Below are positions 40,601 to 53,344 of a stretch of 64,000 nt of DNA, piece by piece; the first letter of the stretch is position 1, and the number at the start of each line of letters is the position of its first letter. The position numbers and the translations under genes were made by a program. The notes under the pieces are model-generated. The model had not been told where the DNA came from, did no database searches, and saw only the letters and a program-made list of their open reading frames with translations. Source of the DNA: Mytilus californianus (taxonomy: Eukaryota); NCBI RefSeq assembly GCF_021869535.1, contig NW_026262690.1, positions 52,948,001 to 53,012,000 on the forward strand, written 5' to 3'.

Positions 40601-43600
40601 TATTATAGTCCCAAACAAGCATACTGTGTAATGTTCTATAGTCCCAAACAAGCATACTGTTTCATGTTCTATAGTCCCAAACAAGCATACTGTGTAATGT
40701 TCTATAGTCCCAAACAAGCATACTGTTTCATGTTCTATAGTCCCAAACAAGTATACTGTGTAATGTTCTATAGTCCCAAACAAGCATACTGTTGCATGTT
40801 CCATTGTCCAAAACAAGTATACTGTGTAATGTTCTATAGTCCCAAACAAGCATACTGTTTCATGTTCTATAGTCCCAAACAAGAATACTGTGTAATGTTC
40901 TATAGTCCCAAACAAGCATACTGTGTATTGTTCTATAGTCCGAAACAAATATACTGTTTCATGTTCTATAGTCCAAAACAAATATACTGTTTAATGTTCT
41001 ATAGTCCAAAACAAGAATACTGTGTAATGTTCTATAGTCCCAAACAAGCATACTGTGTATTGTTCTATAGTCCGAAACAAATATACTGTTTCATGTTCTA
41101 TAGTCCAAAACAAATATACTGTTTAATGTTCTATAGTCCAAAACAAGAATACTGTGTAATGTTCTATAGTCCCAAACAAGCATACTGTGTAATGTTCTAT
41201 AGTCCCAAACAAGCATACTGTGTAATGTTCTATAGTCCAAAACAAATATACTGTTTCATGTTCTATAGTCCGAAACAAATATACTGTTTCATGTTCTATA
41301 GTCCAAAACAAATATACTGTTTAATGTTCTATAGTCCAAAACAAGAATACTGTGTAATGTTCTATAGTCCCAAACAAGCAAACTGTGTAATGTTCTATAG
41401 TCCCAAACAAGCATACTGTGTAATGTTCTATAGTCCAAAACAAATATACTGTTTAATGTTCTATAGTCCCAAATAAGTATACAGTGTAATGTTATATAGT
41501 CCGAAACAAATATACTGTTTCATGTTCAATAGTCCAAAACAAGAATACTGTGTAATGTTCTAGTGAATCTAGTCCCAAACAAGTATAATGTATAATGCTC
41601 TATAGTCCAAAACAAGTAAACTGTGTAATGTTCTAGTCCCAAACATGTATAATGTTTAATGCTCTATAGTCCAAAACAAGCAAACTGTGTAATGTTCTAT
41701 ACTCCCAAACAAGTATGCTGTGAAATGTCCTTTAGTCCCAAACAAGTATACTGTGTAATGTCCTTTAGTCCCAAACAAGTAAACTGTGTAATGTTCTATA
41801 TTCCCAAAAAAGCATACTGTGTAATGTTCTATAGTCCCAAACAAGCATACTGTTTCATGTTCTATAGTCCGAAACAAATATACTGTTTCATGTTCTATAG
41901 TCCAAAACAAATATACTGTTTAATGTTCTATAGTCCAAAACAAGAATACTGTGTAATGTTCTATAGTCCCAAACAAGCATACTGTGTATTGTTCTATAGT
42001 CCCAAACAAATATACTGTTTCATGTTCTATAGTCCGAAACAAATATACTGTTTCATGTTCTATAGTCCAAAACAAATATACTGTTTAATGTTCTATAGTC
42101 CAAAACAAGAATACTGTGTAATGTTCTATAGTCCCAAACAAGCATACTGTGTATTGTTCTATAGTCCGAAACAAATATACTGTTTCATGTTCTATAGTCC
42201 AAAACAAATATACTGTTTAATGTTCTATGGTCCAAAACAAGAATACTGTGTAATGTTCTATAGTCCCAAACAAGCATACTGTGTAATGTTCTATAGACCC
42301 AAACAATTATACTGTTTAATGTTTTATAGTCCCAAACAAGCATACTGTGTAATGTTATATAGTCCGAAACAAATATACTGTTTCATGTTCAATAGTCCAA
42401 AACAAGAATACTGTGTAATGTTCTAGTGAATCTAGTCCCAAACAAGTATAATGTATAATGCTCTATAGTCCAAAACAAGTAAACTGTGTAATGTTCTAGT
42501 CCCAAACAAGTATACTGTTTAATGCTCTATAGTCCAAAACAAGCAAACTGTGTAATGTTCTATACTCCCAAACAAGTATGCTGTGAAATGTCCTTTAGTC
42601 CCAAACAAGTATACTGTGAAATGTCCTTTAGTCCCAAACAAGTAAACTGTGTAATGTTCTATAGTCCGAAACAAATATACTGTTTCATGTTCTATAGTCC
42701 AAAACAAGAATACTGTGTAATGTTCTTTAGTACCAAACAAGTATGCTGTGAAATGTCCTTTAGTCCCAAACAAGTATGCTGTGAAATGTCCTTTAGTCCC
42801 AAACAAATATACTGTGTAATGTTCTATAGACCCAAACAAGCATACTGTGTAATGTTCTATAGTCCCAAACAAGTATACTGTGTACTGTTCTATAGTCCTA
42901 AACATATATACAGACCAGTTTTTGGTATGATACGGTTTATGTTATTCTCGTGTATTTTATGATGGTATGATTCTAAACCCCTAACGGGAGGGATTGTGCT
43001 TGATTTTCATATGATGAAGACATAATCTTTCAATCAGTTTAATTGAGGTCTGGAGCTGGCATGTCAGTAACTGCTAGTAGTCTTTTGTTAATTTATGTTT
43101 ATCATTGTCATTTTGCTTAGTTTTTCTGTTACCTCTTCTAACATCGGACTCGGACTTCTTTTTAACTGAATTTTACTGTGCGTTTTGCTGTGGATTTATT
43201 TATTCTACATTGGCTAGAGGTATAGGGGGAGGGTTGAGATCTCACTAAACATGTTTAACCCCGCCGCATTTTTGCGCCGGTCCCAATTCAGGAACCTCTG
43301 GCCTTTGTTAGTCCTGTATGTTTTTTTTAAATTTTGGTTCATTTATGTTTTTGGAGTTTAGTGTGACGTCCATTTTCTCTGAACTATAGTACACATTTTT
43401 GTTAAGGGGCCAACTGAAACCCGCCTCCGGCAGTGGGATTTTCTCGCTGTGTTGAAGACCCATTGGTGGCCTTGGGCTGTTTTCTGCTCTTTGGTCGGGT
43501 TGTTGTCTCTTTGACACATTACCGGTTTCTATTCTCAATTTTATACTGTTTAATGTGTCATAGTCCAAATGAAGTGTACTGTTTAATGTTCTATAGTCCC

Positions 43601-46182
43601 AAACAGGTATATACATGTATTAATGTTCTTTTGTTCCAAACTAGTATACTGTGTAATGTTCTGATGTCACAAACAAGTATACGGTAGCTGTTGAATGTTC
43701 TATAGTCTCAAATAAGTATACAGTAACTGCTGAATGTTCTTTAATCCCAAACCAGTTAACTGTTTAATTTACGTATACTGTGTTTAATGTTCCTCAGTCC
43801 CAAGCTAGTATAAAAGTATTATTGCATGAATATTTGTGAATACTATCCATATTGCAATATAAAAATAACACGGAACAATTTTCACCAATATCGCTATTTT
43901 TTGTTACTTTTTGTTGACTTTATCAAATTTAAAGTTAATAACAAAAAAAAGAAAAGGATATTTTCCCGAGGCCCGCCTAAAAATAACCTTTCAAGATTTA
44001 ATGATTAAATAATATCAACTTTTAATGAAGATCATACTGAACTAAATATGGGATTTTGTTTCTTTTGTTGCATTTTTTGTGTTTTAAGAGTCTTTTTATG
44101 GTTATATATTTTCTATGTCTAGATCAGACCTGCAACCGAATCTTCCGGCTACTGCAGTTTTTACCAGACGACAGCTTCTTATTATTTCGACTTTCACTAG
44201 CGCTCCAAATTTAAAAGGGGTATTTTCACTACGTGCAATTTTCCAAACATTTTTTTTAATTCAATAATGAAAGTGTTAATATATTAATATTTTATCTTTG
44301 GCAATAGTTGTTAAAATAGTAAAATTATGAATTGCCAAAGATAAAATTTTAATATAACAAAAGTATAATAATAAATTATATGGACGTTATACAGGTACCA
44401 AACAAATCCATAACCACGAACATAGTATACAATAATATTACAAAAGTACAAATATATTGCATGTTAACTCCAATGACAACAAATAGACAATGTGCTATGC
44501 AAATTATACTGGTACAGAAATAATGCATTTCCACGATAATAAACAGACATTGTGTAAATAACTACAGCTACCAACAATAATCAATTATGCATAAAACCAA
44601 TAATGATAAATCGGTACAGTGTTATCTAGATAACACGTCTTATAATGATAAATCGATAATGTGTTAACCAGATAACACAAATAATGATAAATCGATTTCG
44701 TGTTATCCAGATACCACCACAATAATAATAAATTTATAATACTGCATTTGAACAAGCGTGAAAATAATCATAGCTACGATAAATTGAATAAAATCGATAC
44801 TGTGTTATACAGGTAGTGGAACAATTAATTTTACCGAGTTTACAAATATGATGGGGAAAAAGATGGAAAACAGTAATCCAGTAGAAGATCTCAGAGAAGC
44901 ATTCAAAATTTTTGACAAAAACAATGATGGTAAAATAGATACTAATGAACTTAAAAAGGTGATGGTCAATATTGGTGAAAAATTGACTGATGAAGAAGCT
45001 AATGAGATGATTAAAGAGGCAGATGTCGACGGAGATGGAAAGGTTAATTACGAAGGTTTGTATAAGAATTGTAACTTATAGATATTTGGTGCGTTATGCC
45101 TAAAATCAATTTAAAAGTGTCTATTAATTGGAAAAATCCATCCAGACTAATTGTCGATGAATGTGTCAAAATGATCAATAAAAATAATATTAATCTGAAA
45201 ACTTATCGATACAAATAAAGGTGTATAAATGTATGCTATGTTACCTGGTTTCCTGTATCTGGTAATATACGTTAACAGTAACATTGACATCGCTCTGTAT
45301 GCCACATTAGATTCTAGCTCTCAATCATGTCTAAACAATGCTAAAATACAATATTAAACAGAGTATGGCACGATTGCTAATGAGAGAACTATCCACTTTA
45401 GACCAAACGGTGTAGATGTTAGCAACTTTAGGTCACCGTAAGGTCTTCAACAATGAGAAAAATACATACCGTGTAGACCGTATATAAAGCACCGACATGA
45501 AAATTGTGAAACAGTTCAAACAAAACAAATAACGGCCGAAGTTATTTGACAATCATAGCAAATTTCTTATTTCTATACTGACTTATCAGATCGATACAAG
45601 GCAAAGTTTAACAAACCATTACTTTTAAAGATGCTTAATAGAATAAAAATGAAAATGTGGGCTATGATTTGTTTTTATTTGATTTTAGATTTTGTATATC
45701 GTTTTATAATGCTTATTAAAAAACATTTTGATAACACCATATACCTTCTTAACTACATTTCCTATATGATTAATAGTAGACATGGGGTAATCATTAACAA
45801 GACAGCAACCCAACGACAAATATAATCAAGGGACATCTAGTATATTACGGTTGGTTATCTCAACTACATCCAAACAAGATCAGAATAAAAAAGTATAAAA
45901 TTTTACCACATAATTTATAAGAAAGTCTTGTGAAGGCAAACTGTTATCAAACTATTGACAACTAATGCCTTAGGCTAAATGGCCTAGATTATGCCTAATA
46001 ATGGTAAATTCTCAGAGCACAACCGTTATTGAACGTTAAAAAATGAGAAGAAAAAATCAAACAATCTAAAAAAATCTTGCTGCAAAGTGACAGTTACTAC
46101 TTAAAATTAACTATCATTTTATAATATTGTGATTTTATTTTCAGAGTTTGTAAAAATGATGACAAGTAAAACAGTTGTGTGA
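37628..46182 (+). CDS. Calmodulin-like gene 3 (151 aa, the most CaM-like of the cluster); exons 37628-37630 (ATG), 39986-40013, 40258-40401, 44813-45055, 46145-46182
   Basis: ATG|gtaagt mini-exon, then 28-, 144-, 243- and 38-nt exons with AG/GT ends. Product: [151 protein letters not shown]. Four canonical 12-residue EF loops; GEKLT (CaM Lys115 context) retained. Confidence 0.93.
38630..38743. mobile_element. ~115-bp palindromic element in intron 1 of gene 3
   Basis: atcggtatatgtcatttaat...attaaatgacataaccgat arms. Confidence 0.6.
40424..42905. repeat. 33-bp minisatellite (~75 units, consensus atgttctatagtcccaaacaagcatactgtgta) in intron 3 of gene 3; diverged units continue at ~43545-43810
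   Basis: Direct reading; explains the [11 protein letters not shown] and [11 protein letters not shown] repeat ORFs in the track. Confidence 0.97.
42913..43532 (+). repeat. Dispersed repeat family A copy, interrupting the minisatellite; other copies ~60832-61455, ~37925-38335 (partial), ~48590-48790 (reverse, partial)
   Basis: Near-identical blocks (cccctaacgggagggattgtgc..., tttaaccccgccgcatttttgcg..., gaagacccattggtggcc) at several positions. Confidence 0.8.
44596..44812 (+). repeat. ~40-bp degenerate tandem repeat whose last unit is the splice acceptor of gene 3 exon 4
   Basis: Units aaatcgrtwn.gtgtta.cyag end at 44629, 44671, 44710 and at the true acceptor 44812. Confidence 0.7.
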
Positions 46183-46311
46183 ACAGACAATGATATGACA
46201 TACATTTTCACTTTTTGCTGCTACAAGTAAAAAGTTTTCTGTAGTTGTATTTACAAAATGCTGAAAGATTCTAAGTGGAAAACCAAGAAAACAGTTCATA
46301 AGATAGCATAA

Positions 46312-46317
46312 AATAAA
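46312..46317 (+). terminator. Candidate polyadenylation signal of gene 3
   Basis: AATAAA ~130 nt after the stop; AT-rich context weakens the evidence. Confidence 0.3.
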
Positions 46318-47441
46318 TTGATAATATTACATTATAACCCCTAGCTTTGATTTACATAAAATATGTCACAATACAATGTTTTTGTAGGAGCATAGGTGTC
46401 GTACTTTTATTTGCAAATAATTGTTTGGAATATAAATAAATATATATATATATATAAGAGCAGCCTAACACAAAACGGGAAACATATCACAGTATTAAAA
46501 AGGAGACAAAAAAAAAACAAAAAAAACACCAAGAGCACCCGAAACTCAATCAACAAACCGAGAAAGAAAAAAAATCAGGCAAAGGAAACATAAACTGCTG
46601 ACAAAGAGATTTGTCTCGCCTGTATGTAATTTAGATATAAAATCGCAAACGTTGAAAGTAAAACAGCAAAACTTTAACATGTATATTATGCAAAATGTTG
46701 AAGAGTCGGTAAACCCTGACTGAAGGTAAAGGGCCAAATGATTTCCATTGAAATAGAATATGCTAATGTTAATACAACTGCATACCAAATATCACTTAGT
46801 TATCTTAAGTGGTTCAAACTGAACGTATAACAAACCTTAACAAATTGTTGACGCCACAGCGGTCGCCGAACAGAAAACCTAAGTCTCGCTTTTTCACTTC
46901 ATCAAGGCGAGACAAAAATTATTCAAATAAAGTAAAATTAAGAAGAAAAAAAAAATGCAACAAAACACAGATAAAATAAAAAAGAAATACAAAAAAGTAG
47001 AATAAGATGGAAAACACGCTTTGCATTTCAATGTGACATCCTTGTATCTGCAGCAACAACAAAAAATATCACCACCAGTTATTATAACTCATGTTATAAA
47101 TACATTGGAGAGACTAGTTAGTTATTTTAGCTTTAGTTACTTAATCAAGCAATATTATCTACAAATTGGTGCTATTTCTGTATCTGTACCATCTTTGATT
47201 AAAATGTATACTTGAAATATAATTTATTAGCACACCTCAAGCAATGTGAAAGTAAATTGTACTAAAATTGGCAAGATTGTAAATGACATATTTTGTTTGA
47301 AAATTTCCAGTTTATAATTTTGGGGTTGCTTTTCGTCTATAACAATGTAATTATAGATGCTTTCGAAAACGCCTGGCCTATATATACAGCTTAGAATGGA
47401 TTTCATAACAGCGTGGACATAGACACATAGTAATTAAATGT

Positions 47442-49724
47442 TATCGTGTGCACAACTGACTGTCGACAACAAAAACTTCACGCAATTACAGTATGTCAGG
47501 GGCCTCTCAATGGGGATATAAAAGTTTTTGCATGAAAGTTTATAGGAATTCGTTTTGAATATATTTATATACTCAAAAAAAAAAGTTTCTTTGGACAGAA
47601 TGAATATATTCAGAGGTGATATCACCAATCACCAAGTAATCGAGAAAAAAAACGTTATGTTTTTTTCTTGCACAAACGTTCTGTGGCTCCTTAAAAATAT
47701 AAGAAAACATTTATATCGAACGAGTTGATATAGAGTAACCTATGATCAGATTTCATACAAAGATTATTTTTGTTGGTAATACGAACCCCGGACCTTCATA
47801 AAAAATCAGTTTAGTCCTCTGGGCTGCATAATGTTTTGCACGGAACAAATTTGAATTCCCATCGAAGACTCCAACGATCAGATTTTCGTGAACATTTAAA
47901 TATCATTCTAACAAAAAATAACTCGTGAAAATATCAAGAAGCATATGAATCCGGTCTTATGTGCAAAATTTACGTTGATTGGAGTCAGAGTAGCTTTTGT
48001 GGAAACATTGATATTTATTTTAGATTTTTTTTTATACCTGAACACGTAAAAAAAAAATTACGGGATCTATATTCTTTTGCTTCAAATTAAGCAGGTAATT
48101 TCAATGAATTTGATCATTACGTAATGTTAAAATCATATAAAGAATAGGCAAATCATCATTACAAAATAACAAAACCACATCATGTAATGAAACAACTACA
48201 TAACGTTAAGTCACATTCACATCAAGAATTGTTAAACCACATTGATTAAAGACACAACCACATTAAATAGTGGTGAAACCACATCGAGTAATGACAAAAC
48301 CATATTGAGTAATGACAAAACTATATCAAGTCAATACGAAACCATATCGTGTAATATCGAAATATCATTAAGTAATGACTATTCCATATTGAGTTATATC
48401 AAAACATCATTACGTAATGTCAAAACCATATTAAGTAAAGACAAAATATCATCAAGTAATAATAAAACAACATAAAGTAATATCAGTTTTCCACATAAGA
48501 CAGCTGTGGCGTTCCATACATGCATTGTGCGTGTTGAGTTATTTAAAGGAAAAGAATGTCAACATTGAAAGTGAAACAAAGGTAAATCATTTGATTAAAA
48601 TTGAGAATGGAAATGGGGAATGTGTCAAAGAGACAACAACCCGACCACAGAACAGACAACAGCAGAAGGCCACCAACAGGTCTTCAATGCAGCGAGAAAT
48701 TCCCGCACCCGGAGGCGTCCTTCAGCTGGCCCCTAAACAAATATATATACTAGTTCAGTGATAATGAACGCCATACTAAACTTAATTGACTGATTCGATT
48801 CACAAAATATCATTCTTATACAGGTAAAAACGATGATTAACATATATATTTTTAATCTATAATATGAAATTAAACAGACCTAGAAAAATCCAAATGCACG
48901 AGTTCGTTTCTATTTATATCTATATTTATGTTTATATTGCTTTTATGGCCATCGGAGGTCAACTCGATAGTTAATTAGATAGCGTCTAGACTAAAATACA
49001 CACGAAACAAAGTTACATATTCTCGAGCCCATGCCCTGTAAATTGTTTGTTTTAGACTTTTCATAATGTGGATAAATGTTTTACATTGTTATAAATGAAA
49101 TATGAGAATTTTAGTCAAATCGGTGAACATGAATTTGACAGCTAGTGCCCCTTTAATCAGGAATGGTCGCTCCCTTACAATTTGAAATTGTACTCACTTC
49201 TTTTTCGGTTTCTGTGTTTCAATATATATCCATGAATTTAATGATATGTTCACAATACATCTGTTTTTGAATAATAAATCATGTGCAGTGTAATAATAAC
49301 CTTTAAACTGGGTGAACTCGTTTAATTATTCTAGAATAAAAGGTATTGTAAACATATTTAATTCATGGATAAATACTGAAACACAAATTAAAAAAAGTTA
49401 AGTACAGTTCTAAATTAAATCGCTGTGATCCGTCCATTCGTTTTTCAAATCAACAGAACAGCTGCATTCAACAGGTAGGACACATTTCCTTATACGGATT
49501 ACTTGGTGATATCACCTATGCATATACTCATTCTTTCAAAAGAAACTTTTTGCTGTGAGTATACATATATTAAAAAGAAATTCCTATAAACTTTCATGCA
49601 AAAAAAATAATTCTATGAAAGGACATGTGTAAAATAGTAATAATGTATATCCCCATTGAGAGGCCCCTGACATACTGCAATTGCGTGAAGTCTTTGTTGT
49701 CGACGGCCAGTGACCGACACGATA
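47442..49724. mobile_element. Degenerate ~2.3-kb DNA transposon with ~200-bp imperfect TIRs
   Basis: 47442-47640 is the reverse complement of ~49495-49724 (e.g. gtatgtcaggggcctctcaatggggatata). No clear TSD; no transposase seen. Confidence 0.65.
48240..48480. repeat. Degenerate ~21-bp tandem repeat
   Basis: Recurrent aaaaccatattgagtaatgac-like units. Confidence 0.6.
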
Positions 49725-49730
49725 TTATAT

Positions 49731-49870
49731 AAATAACACATAGCTGAGAGGGTGATAGAGCAGATTGTTACCCCGAAAAAACATTGTCAACTGAGGCGAA
49801 GCCAAGTTTGACAATGTCTTTTCGAGGGGTAACAATCTGCTCTATCACCCTCTCAGATATGTGTTATTTA
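49731..49870. mobile_element. 140-bp palindromic element, followed by a 73-bp tandem duplication (49966-50105)
   Basis: Arms aaataacacat.gctgagagggtgatagagcagattgttacccc / reverse complement; centre GGCGAAGCC. Confidence 0.75.
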
Positions 49871-50545
49871 ATTTATTATACTGAATGTTCTGTTATAACT
49901 GTCGATTAAATTTCAAATTCAAAGTAATAAACTATGACGTCTTGTACATAACAACCATCCGTATGTAATAAAGCGCACACTTGATCAAGCGTCTCCGTGA
50001 AGGGTAATAGAGTATTTGCCATAGGATAGAGTCGGATTTAATAAAGCGCACACTTGATCAAGCGTCTCCGTGAAGGGTAATAGAGTATTTACCATAGAAT
50101 AGAGTAAATTGTCTCACTCGTATTAACCAATTAAAATCTGGAATTTTGACATGAAGTATAAATACATTTAAATATCAGGTGTCCATGTCCACACTGTTAT
50201 ATTCTATATGGTGCAGCTTATTCTGGGAAAAAACGGTGGTGAGCACAGATGTCGGAATCATACCAATCTAATTAAATTAAATCTCCGCACTTGCTCCTCG
50301 TTGTTTATATGTCGCGCGTGGGAGATCTAACTACAGCCGCTTGAGGGTCATGTCTAGGGTCAAATTTGCAGTAGCCAATCAGCGAAGGTGCTACAAACTG
50401 TTAGGGTATTGGACTGGCATAGGAGTCTTAGTAGCGTCTAGAGGTCTTCCGAATGTATATAAACAAAAATGGCAGCCCCATGCGAAAAAAGTTTCGTAAC
50501 ATACAACTGTAATAATAGTTTGTATTATTGCCTTCCGAGGTTAAA

Positions 50546-51179
50546 ATGGCATCAAGTGAAGTATGCACCCAAAGGAAAATATCAGGAAGAACAAACATTT
50601 GTGTTTTATGCGGTTTTTCTTTCATCCAGATAGAAATCTCAACGGGAGAACGTGTTGAAAAAAAAACTGTTCAAACTGAAACTTCAGCAGAACTCAGAGA
50701 ATCGCAATAATTTCTAGTGTTGTTACTGGTTTTGAAGTAAACGCCGAAGTAGACAAGGACAATGGCGTCTGTATTAAATGTTTTAGAAAAGTCCAACAGT
50801 CAATCAAATTAAAAAAAGATGCATTAAAAATGCAAGAAGAACTAAGTGACTAACTTCGGGTGTCTTACCACCTGACCAATCAGAAAGATTAATTGTTAAT
50901 AGATTTGTAAATCTGCAAGGTGGAACAAACAATAATATAAGCTTAGATGAATACTTAGAGATGTTGAACAAGGATACAAAAGTAACATGTTCAGGACATC
51001 AGACAAAGGAAAGTATCCTTCAACACTCTAAAGAGTATCCTCACCTAGTTAATTTTGCAAGCCATTTTGATAACATTACCAATTTAACAGGAAAGAAGGG
51101 GTTCCCCCATATACCGTCATACCAAGCTGATGTTCAGAAAATTGCAAAAGACCTACTACACTACAAGAACATGTACTAA
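50546..51179 (+). pseudogene. Academ-type transposase remnant: N-terminal C2-C2 zinc-finger piece next to the C-terminal segment, catalytic core apparently deleted
   Basis: ATG 50546 MASSEVC...NICVLCGFSF..., then after frameshifts ...GVCIKCFRKV...; next 50850-51179 reads GVLPPDQSERLIVNRFVNLQGGTNNNISLDEYLEMLNKDTKVTCSGHQTKES.... This resembles the NRFVN-x2-G-x4-NI-x-D-x3-E-x2-N-x3-K motif I recognise from Academ/DUF6589-type transposases. Confidence 0.7.
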
Positions 51180-51935
51180 CATATAAAACTTCAAGAATAA
51201 TTAAGTGCAAGGAGCTAAAAAAAGACAAAAACCCATTTGACAGTGCATTTATAGGACTTCGTACATTGATTCATTGACATCAACCAACAGTCCCCTTCCA
51301 TCACCTTCGAAACCCACGTATTTGAAAAATATTGCTTGGAAATAAATTATTGTGAATAAAGTGTGCAGGTTTAATTTTCTCTTAAGTCATAACCTTAATT
51401 AGCTGGTACTTTTTTTAGTAGTTTGTTGCTGATATTAAAAAAAATGTGTGTCATAAGTCAATGAGACATCAACCCAACAACAAAGTAATGAAATACTTTC
51501 AGTTTAGTGGCAGAATATCATGGTCATTTTGATTAGGCAGCATAACTACCTACAAAAACATGTTTATAAAAATGTGGCATGATTTCTAACGAGACAACTA
51601 TTCAAAAGGGACCAACCTATTTTTCTGTTCACAGTTCCACCTCTGACTTTGAGTAAAACCTATAGCAAGCTATAAAAAGGCCGGAAATAACTTTATGAAA
51701 ACATCAAGCATGTTTGTACAAAACAACAATGAGATAAAAACCAAACTTTTACAGATTTGTTCACAAGGCGACCAGCATGCGGATATTTACCCTATATGTA
51801 CATGTAAAGAGCTGTTGATAAAACTTATACAAGGTGGTGTTGGTTAAATGTGCTTTCCTGACTGATGGAGTTATTAGTGCACATTATTTGGTTCAATTTC
51901 TATCTAAGTCAAATTAAACACAGTAACTTAATATA

Positions 51936-52912
51936 ATAAAATGCTCCGCTGGGCGCAGCTTGATACGACCGCAGAGGTCGAACCCTGAACAGTTGGGGCA
52001 AGTATGGACACAACATTCAAGCTTGATACAGCACTGAATTTGGATTGTGATTAAATATTTGACACTGCATAGGTTTCTGACACAGAATGAATGTGGTCTA
52101 AGAACTTATAAATTTTAAATTTACCTATTCAAACCATATCATTATTATTTGGTTTTATATATAAATCAGAAATAACAAATTTAAAATGGAAAATTTTAAA
52201 GAAAAAAAGGGAAAAAAAATCCCTCCCACCCAAATTTTGAACCCCCTTATGATTCATCACCCCCAAACTCAATCCCAGCCTTCCCTTTGTGGTATGGTAC
52301 CTTGCTGTACAAATTCTGAGAGATCCATACACTTGAACACAAGTTATTGACTGGAAACTAGAAAAATGCTTGTTTTTTGGCCCCTTTTTGGTTTAAAATT
52401 TCTAAACATTTAGGGAAATTACCCCCAAACTCAAACCCAGCTTTCCCTTTGTGATATGGAACCTTGTAGTACAATTTCAGAAAGATCCATACACTTACAC
52501 ACAAGTTATTGCCATGAAACTGAGAAATGCTTGTTTTTTGCCCCTTTTTTTACCCCTAATTACTAAAATTTTGAGGCAATTACCCCCAAAATCAATCCCA
52601 GCCTTCCCTTTGTGATATGGAACCTTGTGGTACAATGTCAGAGAGATCCATACACTTACACACAAGTAATGTCTGGAAGTTACAAAAATGCTTATTTTTG
52701 GCCCCTAATTCCTGAACTGTTGGTACCATAACCCCCAAAATCAATCCCCACCTGCCTTTTGTGGTATTGAACCTTATGGTAAAATTTCATGGAGATCCAT
52801 TCACTCAAACTAAAGTTAGAGTGCGAAAACCAATGTGTCTTCGGAGGACGACGACAACGCCAACGTCATACCAATATACGACCGCAAATTTTTTTTGTGG
52901 TCGTATAAAAAA
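51936..52912 (+). mobile_element. HINE-like element with ~160-bp internal tandem repeats, nested in the Academ element
   Basis: About 4 tandem units (ccccaaa.tcaatcccagccttccctttgtg...), a GAC microsatellite, a 3' palindrome tatacgaccgc...gtggtcgtata and an A-run end. Confidence 0.6.
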
Positions 52913-53344
52913 GAAGATGTGGTATTAAGTCTATATTTGACGGTTTTCTTGATGAACACATTGGTCTTGAACAAAGTTGTAAGTAAGATATAGTCCCACT
53001 GCTTGTTATTGTCTTGAATATGCATGAAATATTTGCCACTGAAACCCAAGTGAAGAAATCAATAATCAATCAACCTGTCAATGTTTATTTTGAGCAAAAT
53101 AATCATCCTCTGTATACTGTTGGCTACACCAAGTTAAATACAATGAGTTTGCTATATAGAACAAATATAACATCAAGAACAATGAACAAAAAGGTCAAAG
53201 TCATACATGTCATATGAACCATGCCAAAATTTAGCACAAAAGGACATACATCAATAGCAATAATTCTGTACAGTAATACACCAAAGATAGTTGACTTGTT
53301 GATCAATAAACCATGAAAAGTCAAGGTCAGAAACCAACCAGACT

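Noticed and set aside
40430-42962. Long ORFs (348, 255, 146 aa on +; 151, 128 aa on -) of [11 protein letters not shown] or [11 protein letters not shown] repeats
   Set aside because: Translation of a 33-bp (3n) minisatellite inside an intron whose flanking exons join in frame without it; open on both strands and lacking coding hallmarks.
37628-46182. Calling gene 3, or any paralogue, canonical calmodulin (CALM/CaM)
   Set aside because: Too many substitutions relative to the near-invariant animal CaM sequence; gene symbol withheld.
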